This document shows, in pieces, positions 12,186 through 24,015 of a stretch of DNA of 64,000 nucleotides. A model generated the notes under the pieces. It searched no databases. It was given only the letters and a program-made list of their open reading frames with translations, and was not told the origin of the DNA. Position 1 is the first letter of the stretch. Every line of letters begins with the position of its first letter. This DNA is from Macrostomum lignano. Taxonomy: Eukaryota. The stretch is from contig NIVC01000140.1 of the NCBI GenBank assembly GCA_002269645.1, positions 578,879 to 642,878 of the forward strand, read 5' to 3'. The translations under genes were made by a program, and so were the position numbers.

Positions 12186-12834
12186 CACCCGGTCAGCACT
12201 CACTCAATCTCGCACGCCCAGTGCATGATACTGTTTTAAATTCTAAATAATTTTTCCGGATATTTTAACTAAATAAAACAAACGTTAATTTCACTGGAAG
12301 GAAATCAACGTTTGAATGCTATTTGTTAAAGCAAATTAGAAATATTTTCCATTTACCTAAACTATTGGGTTTTTATTGAAGATTCCCATTTTCTATCTGC
12401 TGCGATAATCATTTTATACATATTAAAATTATTCCAGTCAGTGCTGCCAGTTCTCCTTAAGTAAAGCCACAACTTGAGCCAAAAATTGAAAGGATTCTCA
12501 ATGGTAAGCTGCACGAATTTTCTGCTTTCCGAAATTTAGGAAAAATTAAACAGAATGAACTGGTTGATCTTCCTCTCTTGAACAGAATGAAATATTTTTT
12601 CATTATCATAATTTCTATATCTTAAATTCACTAAGTACAAATATTTTATAATAAAGTTATTTATGTATCAGATGCTAAAATAGAATTAAAAGTACAAGAA
12701 TACAAGAAATAATTAATGGGTTCAGAAGCACCTTTATAGAATTTATGAATTGAAATCATATCATTATACAATGAACCACATAAATGAGCACTACTTCATG
12801 ATCTACAAATTTTAAACACACATTTTTAGCTACA

Positions 12835-15192
12835 ATGTTGTGCATGTCAGGCTTTTCACCGCAACTGCAGGAGCGTCACGTGAGGTCGGTGCTCACCGGA
12901 GCTTTGCTGGACGTCTCCGGCTCCATGCAGCGCAGCTTCGACAGCCAGCAGGCAGCGGGCGCGGCCAGCTACGCATCGAAGAACAAGTGGGTCCGCTCCA
13001 TCTTCAAGGTGGCCGACCAACTGGTCAAGCACGACGTGTCACCGACCAACCCGGTGTTCCTGGGCGGTGTGGGAGCTGAGTCACAGCCCACAGTGTTCGA
13101 CATCCTGGCCTCACTGGAGGCTGGGCAGAGAAAAAGGGAAGAGCTGGAGAGGAGAAAACCAGAGCTGGACCGTAAAAAGCAAGAGCTGGAGAGGGGAAAG
13201 CAAGAACTGGACAGGAAAAAGCAGGAGCTGGAAGATGAGGCCAGAAGAAAGAAGCAGGAGTATGAAGACCGAATAAAGAGGTTAGAATCTTCTTCAAAGC
13301 AATACATCATTGACCGAGCTCTCTCCATCCTTGAGTCCAGTGGAGCGCCGAGAGTTCGGAGTTGGGCCACAGCGAACATGGTGGACAGGAATATAAGCGA
13401 CAAGCGAACTGCCTGCGTCATTCTGGACGCTCTGCAAACCGACTCGGAATTCAAACGAAAAGTTGTTGATGATTATCTGCCTGAGCAGTGCCGAAATTTT
13501 CACTGGGCGAGCGAAGCCGCGAGAGTCACTTCTGGATTTCTTGGTTCGTTTGTGGGGTCTGAAGACCCGTTGTTGGGGACGGACTCCGAAGTTGAAGCTG
13601 TTGTGAGAAAGTGTGACAACTTCCTTAACGACGAATTTCGACGTAAAGAAGAGGCAGAGAGAAGGAGAGCGGAGAATGAGCTGAGGCCATTGAGTCTAAA
13701 ACTCACTGCACTGGCTGAAGATCTCAGAGCACTGACTGCAGATCTGACTGCAAATCTCACTGCACTGACTCCTTCGTCCGTCTTTGCCCCAGATGAAGCT
13801 CAGAGAATCCTGCGCTCCTGTAACGAAGACGCTGAGCTGACTGACGAGCGAATCACGGAGCTCCTGGACACCATCGAGCCCTTCATCTACGGAGGCACCC
13901 CGCTGATGGAGGCTCTCGAGACATCGAAAAATATTTTTTGTAGCGAGGAACACAAAACTGAGTTCAAGCTGCTCTTCATCCTTTCCGATGGAGAGCCGTC
14001 GGACAGCAGCGGCAGCAGTGACACTGAGATGCGACAGGAACTGCACAACCTCGGGGTGACGGTCGTGTCCTGCTTCATCACGGACACAGACATCTCTGAC
14101 CCGCGACGGCTCTACAGCACTATCGACAGCGGCTGGGATCGACCTGCTGAATTTATGTTCCACATGGCCTCGACAGTCTCCACCCAGAAGATCCCCAGAA
14201 CCCTGTTCATCCGAAAGGGCTGGACAATCGACACCGACAACAATGAGACCCGACTGTTCTTCCAGATCAATCACCCCGACCTCATCGATGAGGTCTGCGA
14301 CATCGCCAAGAGCTGCGTGTGCTCGCAGGACGCGCTGTCGGACGTGCTGGCCGACGTGGACCTCGACCTGTACATCAACAGGGCCAACGAGGGCTTCGAG
14401 CCGCAGCGACAGTCGGAGCTCACCTGCTATGCAGTCGCGTCGGCGACCGTCATGCACCTGAGCATGCTCAGGGTTGTGGGTCGGGACGGCGGATATCCGG
14501 ACTTCTTCCAGCTCAGAGACAAGATCGTCGCTCAGTTCGGACGGCGCAGAGCCCGCACAGTCGAGGTGCTGCGGACAGTGTGTCCGGAGTACCGGCTGCA
14601 GTGCAAGGAGGTCGATGAGAGAGCCGCGCTGGACGCCGTCATCGCCAAGCGGGCAGTCGTGGCGAGGTTCCACCTCACTAAGCGTGAGTGGGACAACTTC
14701 AGGCAGTTCTTTAAGCAGAATCCCGGAGGCATTCTCACCCAGGCCGACCTCACCGGTGGAGACTCTGAAGCAAAGCTGCTCGGACACGCGGTGGTGCTGA
14801 TGAGCTTCGACAGACACAGCCTGAGGCTGATGAACTCGTGGGGCTCCGGCTGGGGCGACGGCGGCTTCTTCAGAGTGCAGAGCGCAGCCGCGCTCAGAAT
14901 AAAGTTCATCGATGTGTTCTGGACCGAGGAGCAGCTGACTGAGGCTGAGAGAGCCGCCTTCAGAGAGCGCGGACTGGGCGTTGCAGAGAGACTGTTTAAA
15001 TCTCTGAAGGGTCTGCAGACATGCAAGTACAGATGCTCGCTGTGTGGCGTTGAGTCTCTGGTGTCGGAGTTCTCGGGACACACGCTGGAGGCCAGGTGTC
15101 CCAGGTGTTTGGGCAGCTTCGATGCGAACCTGGCGGGCAGCGACCTTGCGCTGAACCTGTACCTCACCTCGCTGCTGCACAAAAAGGACTAA
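12835..15192 (+). CDS. VWA - coiled coil - papain-like peptidase - Zn ribbon protein, paralog 2
   Basis: 785-aa ORF; same MIDAS (DVSGS/GGTPL/SDG), Cys-His-Asn and CxxC-x17-CxxC motifs as paralog 1. Confidence 0.9.
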   Translation: MLCMSGFSPQLQERHVRSVLTGALLDVSGSMQRSFDSQQAAGAASYASKNKWVRSIFKVADQLVKHDVSPTNPVFLGGVGAESQPTVFDILASLEAGQRKREELERRKPELDRKKQELERGKQELDRKKQELEDEARRKKQEYEDRIKRLESSSKQYIIDRALSILESSGAPRVRSWATANMVDRNISDKRTACVILDALQTDSEFKRKVVDDYLPEQCRNFHWASEAARVTSGFLGSFVGSEDPLLGTDSEVEAVVRKCDNFLNDEFRRKEEAERRRAENELRPLSLKLTALAEDLRALTADLTANLTALTPSSVFAPDEAQRILRSCNEDAELTDERITELLDTIEPFIYGGTPLMEALETSKNIFCSEEHKTEFKLLFILSDGEPSDSSGSSDTEMRQELHNLGVTVVSCFITDTDISDPRRLYSTIDSGWDRPAEFMFHMASTVSTQKIPRTLFIRKGWTIDTDNNETRLFFQINHPDLIDEVCDIAKSCVCSQDALSDVLADVDLDLYINRANEGFEPQRQSELTCYAVASATVMHLSMLRVVGRDGGYPDFFQLRDKIVAQFGRRRARTVEVLRTVCPEYRLQCKEVDERAALDAVIAKRAVVARFHLTKREWDNFRQFFKQNPGGILTQADLTGGDSEAKLLGHAVVLMSFDRHSLRLMNSWGSGWGDGGFFRVQSAAALRIKFIDVFWTEEQLTEAERAAFRERGLGVAERLFKSLKGLQTCKYRCSLCGVESLVSEFSGHTLEARCPRCLGSFDANLAGSDLALNLYLTSLLHKKD

Positions 15193-15369
15193 GACTTATC
15201 TGCCAAGCTTTTTTCTGACTTGCTATTATCATTATTTTTGTGTCTCTTATGTTTAAGCTAAGACAGCTCTTTTAGTTAGAACTTCTTACTCATCTAGCGT
15301 TTAAAGGGGATGTTCTTTTACTAAATCGCTGTTTTCAGTTGTTTGCTACATAACAGAAATTCTTTCACG

Positions 15370-15601
15370 AATCGGGAACAAAGCGTTTATGACCAAATAG
15401 GGAATCAAGATCTATGACCGAATCGGGAACCATGTGTCTATGACCGAATTGAAAACCAAGTGTCTATGACCGAATTGAAAACCAAGTGTCTATGACCGAA
15501 TTGAAAACCAAGTGTCTATGACCGAATCGGGAACCAGAGTGTCTATGACCGAATCGGGAACCAGAGTGTCTATGACCGAATCTGGAATCAAGATCTATGA
15601 C
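15370..15601. repeat. ~27-bp tandem repeat (GTGTCTATGACCGAATCGGGAACCAGA-like)
   Basis: Visible; 9-aa period SMTESGTRV. Confidence 0.9.
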
Positions 15602-15603
15602 CA

Positions 15604-16750
15604 CGCAGCAGCAGCAGATGTTTCTATTTTTAGGCTTCGATGTGTTGACCCAGGGAAGCCTCTATGGTCGCTGCGCTCCCCAGAAAGGGACACACCCACC
15701 CACAGAATACCACAGAATGCTCAATCGACTAGTAGAATGCGTCTCGAATTAAAACACCATAGATGCTACTCTTCCTGTGAAGATTTATAAGTAGCTGTAA
15801 CTAATTGATAGCATTAAAGTAGTAGTTTACTGCTTGGGCGAGCTCCTAGAGCAGTCGATGTATTTGAAATTATGCGATTGTTATAAAACTTAAGTGGCAA
15901 GATCTTATGGTGGTTAACAATCACTCAACCAGGTAATGGATTCCATACCGTATAAGAAAAAATCTGTAAACAATTTAACTTAAGAACAATAAAAGGTTCA
16001 TAAATAGAAAGAATAGATTACACTTCTGCGGCGCTTAAGTAAACAAATTCAAAACTTAGAGCAATTTTACGTAAGAAAAACAAAATTCGTCTTTCAAAAC
16101 AACATCAAAAGCAGTTTTTTAAATAAATTTCCTCAACATAAATTGCCTGTTCTTAACTGGGATTCAACTGCCTCTTCCATTTGTGTTCGTTTGCCTTTCC
16201 CAGAAGATCAGCTCGAAACAATCGGCGAGCCCAGTCTTCGCACCTGAAAGATGCAAGAGAGTTTGAACACTAAAGAGATTCTAAAATCAAATAAGAAAAC
16301 TCATACCACAGGAGTCAACTATGTGTTCTCTGAAATACATGCCTTGCACTGTCTCCAGAAGGAAATGCATGAAATCGCGTCAAATGCGGGCACCTGTAGG
16401 CATAGGAATTGCAGCCATAAGCTGCGCACTGGGCTCGAGATTTTGTCATGATAGCACTGCACTGCTTTTCACCGCAGAACGCAGAATGTTTGTTGACCTA
16501 CAACGCATGGTTACTAAAAAACACAAGACAAAAATCACAAGCCCATGCGAGTGATATCGTCTATGGTGATTCTTCTCCATACTACTTTCCCACAGCTTCA
16601 CAGGAAGAGTAGCACAAAGCGAAAATAATTTTGCATTGAGATTTTTTCTTCGGGGTGGCTGAATGAGCATTCTGTGGTATTCTGTGCTCCCACCCCACTC
16701 CGCTATACGAGTTTAGGAGTTTAGGTATAGAATGAAATGATGCTGCTGCT
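15604..16750. mobile_element. Non-autonomous foldback/MITE-like element with degenerate long inverted arms
   Basis: Nested exact inverted matches: 15701-15723 with 16664-16686, and 15764-15782 with 16596-16614. Boundaries approximate; no TSD identified. Confidence 0.55.
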
Positions 16751-19363
16751 TATCGATTTCTCGCTAGAGCAGTTTTGTACGCGAACTTTTGTAACACCTC
16801 TCGTATTTAATAGCTTGCTAACTGGAAAAAGAATATATTGACAGTAATACTGCATATTTGCAGCAATCTGCTTTAAACTTTGCTAAAATAAATCATGGTA
16901 TTTAATTGCTGTGCTCCATTCTGTGTCACCAATCTGCCTCGATATGGGAAGAATCCGGCGGCAGTCTCCATGCACAAATTTCTTCCATATACACAGCCGG
17001 AGCTTCTGTAAAAATTGATATTTGCAATTCCCCGAAAGTGGACAGCAGCAGAGTTGGAGAAGTTGCGCAGCGATCCAAAGCACAACTACCGGATCTGGTC
17101 GCTGCATTTTTCGAAAAGGCTATTTTTAACAAACTCTCAGGACTCCAACTCCAGCCGTGCGCGTTCAGCATTTGCAAATGCAGATGGACAAACAAAGAAG
17201 CTGAAAAATTGACGGTTGACTTCTGATGCCGTACCCAGCATCTTCCAAACGCGCCATCCTACTTGAGCAAAACTGTTCCTGTGGAGCGACCTACCACAAT
17301 GACATCTGCTCGGACTCGGCGAGAGAGTGCCATGCGTCGCTGCGAGGATGAGGCAGAAGCATTCCTCGAAAGCGATGTCATTGACTCATTGGGGGCTTCC
17401 CTGATCTACTGGCGTTCGAGCTGCCCGATCATTTGCCTGTTTTTTAAGCACGCACCCGAGTCTCAGGTAACGTTGTTCACCACCCGAGTGTCCTCTGCTG
17501 ATAGCTCGTAGGATCGCAAGATCGCAACACCAGTGACAGTAGATGAAACTTTTGACTTTGAGGTCAGTATTGATGGATCGATGCAGATTGGCTTTGCCAA
17601 TGATCGGGTGCCCGAAAGAAAGTCGAGCACATTTTCTCATCTTGATAATGTACACGCTCGACTGAAAAATTGCGTTGCGGCAGAGGAGTCTGATGCCTAC
17701 CAGCAGCATCTGCTACTGGCTAAGAAGGAAATTTAGTCAATGTGAGGAATGACAACTGGAACAGCGATGAAGCACTGAAGTGCAAGAAGTCAAAACTATC
17801 TGAGAAATGAGCTGTAGCTCTAATGTATACTCGTAGTAGACTTAGCTTTTGTTTTATAGTCATATAAAGTGCTATTTTTATACAGCATGTCTAAGCACTT
17901 TTCTGCTCTGTAGGTAGGTTAATTTCACTCTCTTTTGCTAAAGTATCATCTAAGGGTAATAATTTCATTTTTTGTTTCATTATGTTTGCATGGTCCGACG
18001 GGTTGTGAAGTATTTTTCTCGCACAAAAACAAGTTTTTTGAATAATACAACTTAACCTTGGAGACCTAAAGTTTTGAATGTTTTGCGTTGAATAGTGCAA
18101 ACCGCATCTTTCTATGACTTTTAGTTAAGTCATAGAAAAGTCAAGTTAAGTCATCAGTTAGTTAAGTCATCAGTCATAGAAAAAAACGTTGCATTTTCCT
18201 ATTCATTCACTGCTTTTCAATTAGGCTTTTACCCCTAAACTTGCATGCTGCCTAAACTAGTGTCCCTTCGGAGCGCAGTGACCATGGAGGCTTCCCTGAT
18301 TGACCCCTTCAGCTTCTTAGAATACTGCAAATATTCATTCACATCCAGCTCTATCTATCTGTCCACTTGACCTGCCTGCTGTCAATGAAAGCGCTTTGCA
18401 GCTTTGCAAGCAAAACAATAAAACAATATTAAATATTTATTTACTCAGCTGTTAGCCTATCGAACTGAAGACAAAAGCAAAACCTGCCAAGCCTGATCGA
18501 ATTGTTTAGCGATAGACAAATTGACATTTTTCATCTTTTTGCTCCTCAAAAGGGCACGGCTGCATTTGTACGCTCAGCCTAAAACACGTACATTTTGGCA
18601 TCCAGAATTCCGCTCAAAAACGTACATTTAAAGGATTGTAAAGCACAGAGATGCGGAACTTCTCCAACCCCGAGCCACATCACTGGTTACAGGGAATGGC
18701 TCTGCACTCGGCTTCATGGCTGAAAAACTTGCTTTACGTTCAAAATTAGCACTGACGAAGTTCCCTTTTGCATGACAAGCAATGTCAGGCAGCAAGCAGA
18801 AAAAGTAAAACTGCTTTGCACAGAAATTAGTGTTTTGCAGGCTGTACGGCTACTCAGCAGAGACACGTGATGTGAGAGCTGGATTTCTATCCTGCTGATG
18901 GGGCGACGGGCAGTCGGAATGCTTTTATTTTTAGTCCTGACGAAAGTTCCGTCTTGCTTGGCAATGTCCTTTGGGCTCTTGGCAGGTCTCATACACCGCA
19001 GACGAGTTTTACCTGCTTGTAGAGGAATATTTACTCATTTAAAAGCACTAAATGAGTAAAATAAGTCCGGTAACAACCAGCGTATTCTCGACAAGTATCG
19101 CAACGAATTATTTACTGTTTGTTTCGTGGGTCACACAGTGAAATAACTGACACGCATTGTACTTTGTATTTGCTCGTACATTGTTTGCAGGATGTAGTAT
19201 TATAAAAATCAACAGCATTTTAGCAATATCGAAGCAATTCAAATGCGGTCACTTTACACTACTTGTAAGTAGGCAATCGAATGCGAGCTGTAAAAGGCTT
19301 TAACTTACACCTCTATCCGTTCAAACAGTCATTGAAATTATCGAATTCTGAGTAGAGTGCCAC

Positions 19364-19562
19364 CACGTGAGGTCGGTGCTCACCGGAGCTCTGCTGGACG
19401 TGCCCGGCTCCATGCAGCGAAGCTTCGACTGCCAGCAGATACGTATCGACGAACAAGTGGGTCCGCTCCATCTTCCAGGTGGCCAACCAGCTGGTCGAGC
19501 ACGACGTGTCACGGACAAACTAACGATGGCGTTCGACATCCTGGCCTCTCTGGGAGCTCGGC
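19364..19562 (+). pseudogene. Degenerate 5' fragment of the VWA-peptidase gene
   Basis: Nucleotide match to the first ~250 nt of the paralogs with deletions; MIDAS mutated to DVPGS; diagnostic bases (GCTCTG, TTCCAGG, CAGCTGGTCGAG) match paralog 3. Confidence 0.88.
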
Positions 19563-20523
19563 AGGGAAAATATAGCTCAAGAGCCGGGTGTAGCCATTGA
19601 AAAGGCAAGGCGCCCTTCAAACGATACGGTGCACCAGCAAAGACGCCCACTGAAAAATTCTGACTGGATGCTCTAAAAGCAAGGGCTGGTTGCTGAGGCA
19701 AAAACACTAATTAACCATAATCTCTATAATCTGGGGGGTCTGAGTTCGAGACTGGCTAACTGCCACGACCGGTACTGACGCTGGCGCTAGCTGTCTCCAC
19801 GGCTAATGCCAGCGGAGCAAATTCATTTCCATTGTTGTCATTAAGGTATCTTTTAGTACGCTCGTACGTACGTCCAGTCGCGCACGTCCGAAGCATCAAG
19901 GGCAATGCTCAGATGGATCGCCTTGTAAAACGGCGCTGTTTGTTTTGGCCATGGATCGGCAAGATGGGTGCAACATGGCCAGTAAATCTGGTCTTGTATG
20001 CGTTTACTTGCAAAATGTCTTTGCCCTTAGCATGGCGTTTAGATTGTTGCCATTCCAGAACTTCACTAGTGGTTCTGACATATTCATGCTTACTGATAAT
20101 AAATGGTGCTATCAACTGCATTTTAACCCGAACAATGTGCCTTACTGTACATGGAAATCATCTATAAAATATGTGCTGTGAATTTCTGTTGTGTACGCTG
20201 TCTTCCGCCACCCAGCAGTGCACGCAGCCTGCTAAATTCTAGCTCATAATTGGCTGAGGGCTGTTTGTCTGCCCCACCCCAAGCATTCTCTTTGGTATTT
20301 TGACATCGAATATTTTCCTCAGCAGTGGAGAAAGTTCGCTCAAGCGACAATGCGCTCTGCTGAAAGTAGCGGTGAAGACATTTCTACATGTACGAGTTGA
20401 GTTTATACAAAAAAATTGCCGTCAAAAACAGTGATTCAGCACCACTTGGTCTCATTCTCTTACTGACCCGTGAATTTAGCTGAAGTGATCAATAACTAAG
20501 ATGAGATGAGCACGAAAAGCTCC

Positions 20524-20822
20524 CCGTTGAAAACAAGGGTTAATATAGGGGATTCTATATAACTAATAGCCTGAAGGTTGATTAACGTAATTTTAGATAA
20601 ATGAACGTTACTTGACGTTACTTAATGTTACTTTAATTTACTTAATTTAATTAAGGGTAAATTTACGTTGATTTATCAGTAATTGTTTACCGAAATTAAG
20701 CTACAAAGTGCATGTGGTTAATTAACGTAAATTCGCTGTCGAAAGTTAAACTGCGGTAAACTAACCGACCAGAAGTTACTTTTTATTTATTTACTTTCAA
20801 GATTAACCCTAGTTTTCAACGG
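20524..20822. mobile_element. ~300-bp MITE-like element with 21-bp terminal inverted repeats
   Basis: CCGTTGAAAACAAGGGTTAAT (20524-20544) vs ATTAACCCTAGTTTTCAACGG (20802-20822), one mismatch; AT-rich interior. Confidence 0.6.
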
Positions 20823-20917
20823 ATTGCATATTCGCGTTCAAAGATTGAGAGTAGTGAAAACTGGTATCTTGACTTTCAGGGTAAACATCCGTCACTCTAA
20901 CCGCGTCAAAGTTCGCT

Positions 20918-22186
20918 TCACGACGAGAAGGTAAATTTGTCGTTGGCATTGGAAAATACGGCTACTCCAAGGGCTTTGTTCAAGCGAGTCACTAAGCTTC
21001 TGACCATTGCGTAGCATTCGCCTAGAAATTGATTCTCGAACTCCAGCTCATTGCGTGACGTCTTTTCACTTGATCGGTTGATCATTATTTTCAACTCGGC
21101 ATTTTCCTTCTCCAGCTGAGCGATGCGGTCATCCTTCTCAACGCCTTCCGTCTCCAGCTGAGCGATGCGGTCGTCCTTCTCAAGGCCTTCCGTCTCCAGC
21201 TGAGCGATGCGGTCGTCCTTCTCAAGGCCTTCCGTCTCCAGCTGAGCGATGCGGTCGTCCTTCTCAAGGCCTTCCGTCTCCAGCTGAGCAATGCGGTCGT
21301 CCTTCTCAACGCCTTCCGTCTCCAGCTGAGCGATGCGGTCGTCCCTCTCCACGTCTCGAGTGAAAAACTGCAGAGCAGTCCGCAACGCCTTGATGGCTGC
21401 CTCGTCCACCTGGATGGTCCTGGCAGTGTCGCAGCCGATCCGCAGCATTCTGTGGACAGAGTCCAGCTTCCTGCGGCAGGCACCAGCGCACCTGGCTCGC
21501 TCTCGCCGCTCCTTCAAATCCGTCGCTGTTTTCACGGCCGCGCTGCCCAGCAAAATGCCTGTGGCAAAGCTGGCGATATAAGCAGCTCCGCCATCGAAGA
21601 AGTGAAGTGCCGCGATGCCGAGGGCTCCGACTGTTGCGCAAGCAATCAGCCCGAGCAGCTGTGCTTGGCCTGCCTGCCTGCTCGAACCCTTCTGTATCTG
21701 ACTCAGCCCGTCAGACAGAGTTTTGGTGAGCTCCTGCGACTTGCTCAGCTGACCGGTGAAGGTCGCGAGCGATTCCGAGAAATCACAGGCCATTGTGTGC
21801 AGCTGGTCCAGCTTTTCGCAGAGCTGTTTGAGCAAATCTGGCTCAATATTGGCCTGGATCCTGATCTTCCAGAATGTCTCAAACTCATCGATCTGCCTTT
21901 CAAAACTGTTTATCCAAACCTCTAGGTGAGATCCCGTTACCTGCACTCTCTTGAGCTCTTGCTTCAGTTTCTTGAGAAAGAGACTCAGTCCGTCAAGTTG
22001 TGGCTGCAGTTCCTCCCGATGAGGCTCCTTGGCCAGCTTCAGCTGCTCCACCTCGCTGGCTTGAGCCTTGGTGAGCTCAGTAACCTTCAGCAGCTCATCA
22101 CTCTTACCTCCGATAGACCTCAGCGTCTGGACGGCATCTCGAATTCCCGCCAGAACGTCGCTGATCTCTGCAAGCTTCTCCGTCAT
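20918..22186 (-). CDS. Helical protein with Gly/Ala-rich hydrophobic hairpin and coiled-coil tail (ApoL-like / ClyA-Hbl-like candidate), paralog A, 422 aa
   Basis: Start placed at MTEKLAEISDVL by alignment with paralog B (MAEKLGEIGDVL). Hydrophobic LLGLIACATVGALGIAALHFFDGGAAYIASFATGILLGSAAV; six DDRIAQLE repeats. Fold call is inference. Confidence 0.8.
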   Translation of the reverse strand: MTEKLAEISDVLAGIRDAVQTLRSIGGKSDELLKVTELTKAQASEVEQLKLAKEPHREELQPQLDGLSLFLKKLKQELKRVQVTGSHLEVWINSFERQIDEFETFWKIRIQANIEPDLLKQLCEKLDQLHTMACDFSESLATFTGQLSKSQELTKTLSDGLSQIQKGSSRQAGQAQLLGLIACATVGALGIAALHFFDGGAAYIASFATGILLGSAAVKTATDLKERRERARCAGACRRKLDSVHRMLRIGCDTARTIQVDEAAIKALRTALQFFTRDVERDDRIAQLETEGVEKDDRIAQLETEGLEKDDRIAQLETEGLEKDDRIAQLETEGLEKDDRIAQLETEGVEKDDRIAQLEKENAELKIMINRSSEKTSRNELEFENQFLGECYAMVRSLVTRLNKALGVAVFSNANDKFTFSS

Positions 22187-23249
22187 TTTTACTTCTGCTT
22201 TTAACTGCCTACAGAGCCGGAGCAACTTTAACTGAAATTTGAGTTCCACAGCCTTTATGCAGATCCAATGCGCAGAGCCAGTGAGGCAGCTCAATGTACG
22301 TTCGTTTCACGTTTGAAGTTCCGAAGTCCGAAATTCCGTCTGGTCCCTCACTGTGCCGCCTGGGCCGCTCGTATCAGAAAAGTCTGTCGCAAAATGAAAA
22401 CAGCAGCCAAGACGCCAGTGAATGTTTTGTGGAGACGCCTGCTATCGGTTGCCCTCGTAAACTCATAGTTGGTTGTCATGCCCACCTGCACTGCCCCTCT
22501 CTTACTTTTCTCTTGGCGGGCTTTTCACTACCGCTGCACACAGGGTTATCGCAGTCCCTGTCTGACCGCAGATCATGGAGTCAGTCAGATAAGCCCATCT
22601 GAGCAGCAGTGCAGCAGGGAGACATTCAGGGTGTCAAAACTTCTGCATTTGCTGCTATGCGGTGTCACTGAGGTCTCACTCACTCACTGCTCATGACAGA
22701 TTTTGGACGCTGTGAAGCTGAAGCCTTTGCCCCACTGCATCAGCCTATGCAGGTGCTCATAATTGCTTCCAAAATTTCACGTACACTAGAAAAAGATCAG
22801 AGGCGAGCTGCTGACTGCTGCCGCTTCAAAGACTGTGCATTTGATCTTCTATATGAATAAAAGTTTTTAGTCGGCAGCAAAGCAAGAACTTGCATGTGGA
22901 TAATACAGTAAATATTAACCCTCTCAGCCTTCCCTAATCATCGTACTTTACTCTATCATCGTACTAAGAAAATCATTAGGTAATCAAAATTTAAATAAAT
23001 GAGAGGTAGCTTTGTACAAATATATTTGGTTGTGCCGTCTTAGTGCGAGCTACAACTAATAACTAATGCCAATTTATTGCTGCTATTGATCTGTTGTATC
23101 CCTAGCTTATACATAGCTAGGTTGGACCCTTAAACGTTGTAAATCATAAACTTTATAGTCATGGTAGTTAGCAATTTTAAAATGAAGTCAAGAAAATAGC
23201 AATTTAAGTTGTTAAATCATTGCCAACTTTCCAAATAGATTTCCCGATT

Positions 23250-24015
23250 GTCAGATTTCCAATCAGAGTCGCAGATTTCCAATCAGAGTCGCAGATTTCC
23301 AATCAGAGTCGCAGATTTCCAATCAGAGTCGCAGATTTCCAATCAGAGTCGCAGATTTCCAATTAAAGTCGCAGATTTCCAATCAGAGTCGCAGATTTCC
23401 AATTAGAGTCGCAGATTTCCAATCAGAGTCGCAGATTTCCAATTAGAGTCGCAGATTTCCAATCAGAGTCGCAGATTTCCAATCAGAGTCGCAGATTTCC
23501 AATCAGAGTCGCAGATTTCCAATCAGAGTCGCAGATTTCCAATCAGAGTCGCAGATTTCCAATCAGAGTCGCAGATTTCCAATCAGAGTCGCAGATTTCC
23601 AATCAGAGTCGCAGATTTCCAATCAGAGTCGCAGATTTCCAATCAGAGTCGCAGATTTCCAATCAGAGTCGCAGATTTCCAATTAGAGTCGCAGATTTCC
23701 AATCAGAGTCGCAGATTTCCAACCAGAGTCGCAGATTTCTAACCAGAGTCGCAGATTCTTAACCAGAGTCGCAGATTTCTAATCAGAGTCGCAGATTTCC
23801 AATCAGAGTCGCAGATTTCCAATCAGAGTCGCAGATTCTTAACCAGAGTCGCAGATTTCCAATTAGAGTCGCAGATTTCCAATCAGAGTCGCAGATTTCC
23901 AATCAGAGTCGCAGATTTCCAATCAGAGTCGCAGATTTCCAATCAGAGTCGCAGATTTCCAATCAGAGTCGCAGATTTCCAATCAGAGTCGCAGATTTCC
24001 AATCAGAGTCGCAGA
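23250..24015. repeat. 20-bp tandem repeat, second array (~38 units)
   Basis: Same unit as 1-480. Confidence 0.97.

Noticed and set aside
16880-17740. Cluster of short ORFs, one with a WTAAELEKL (Myb-like) string
   Set aside because: Too fragmentary; no second supporting motif.
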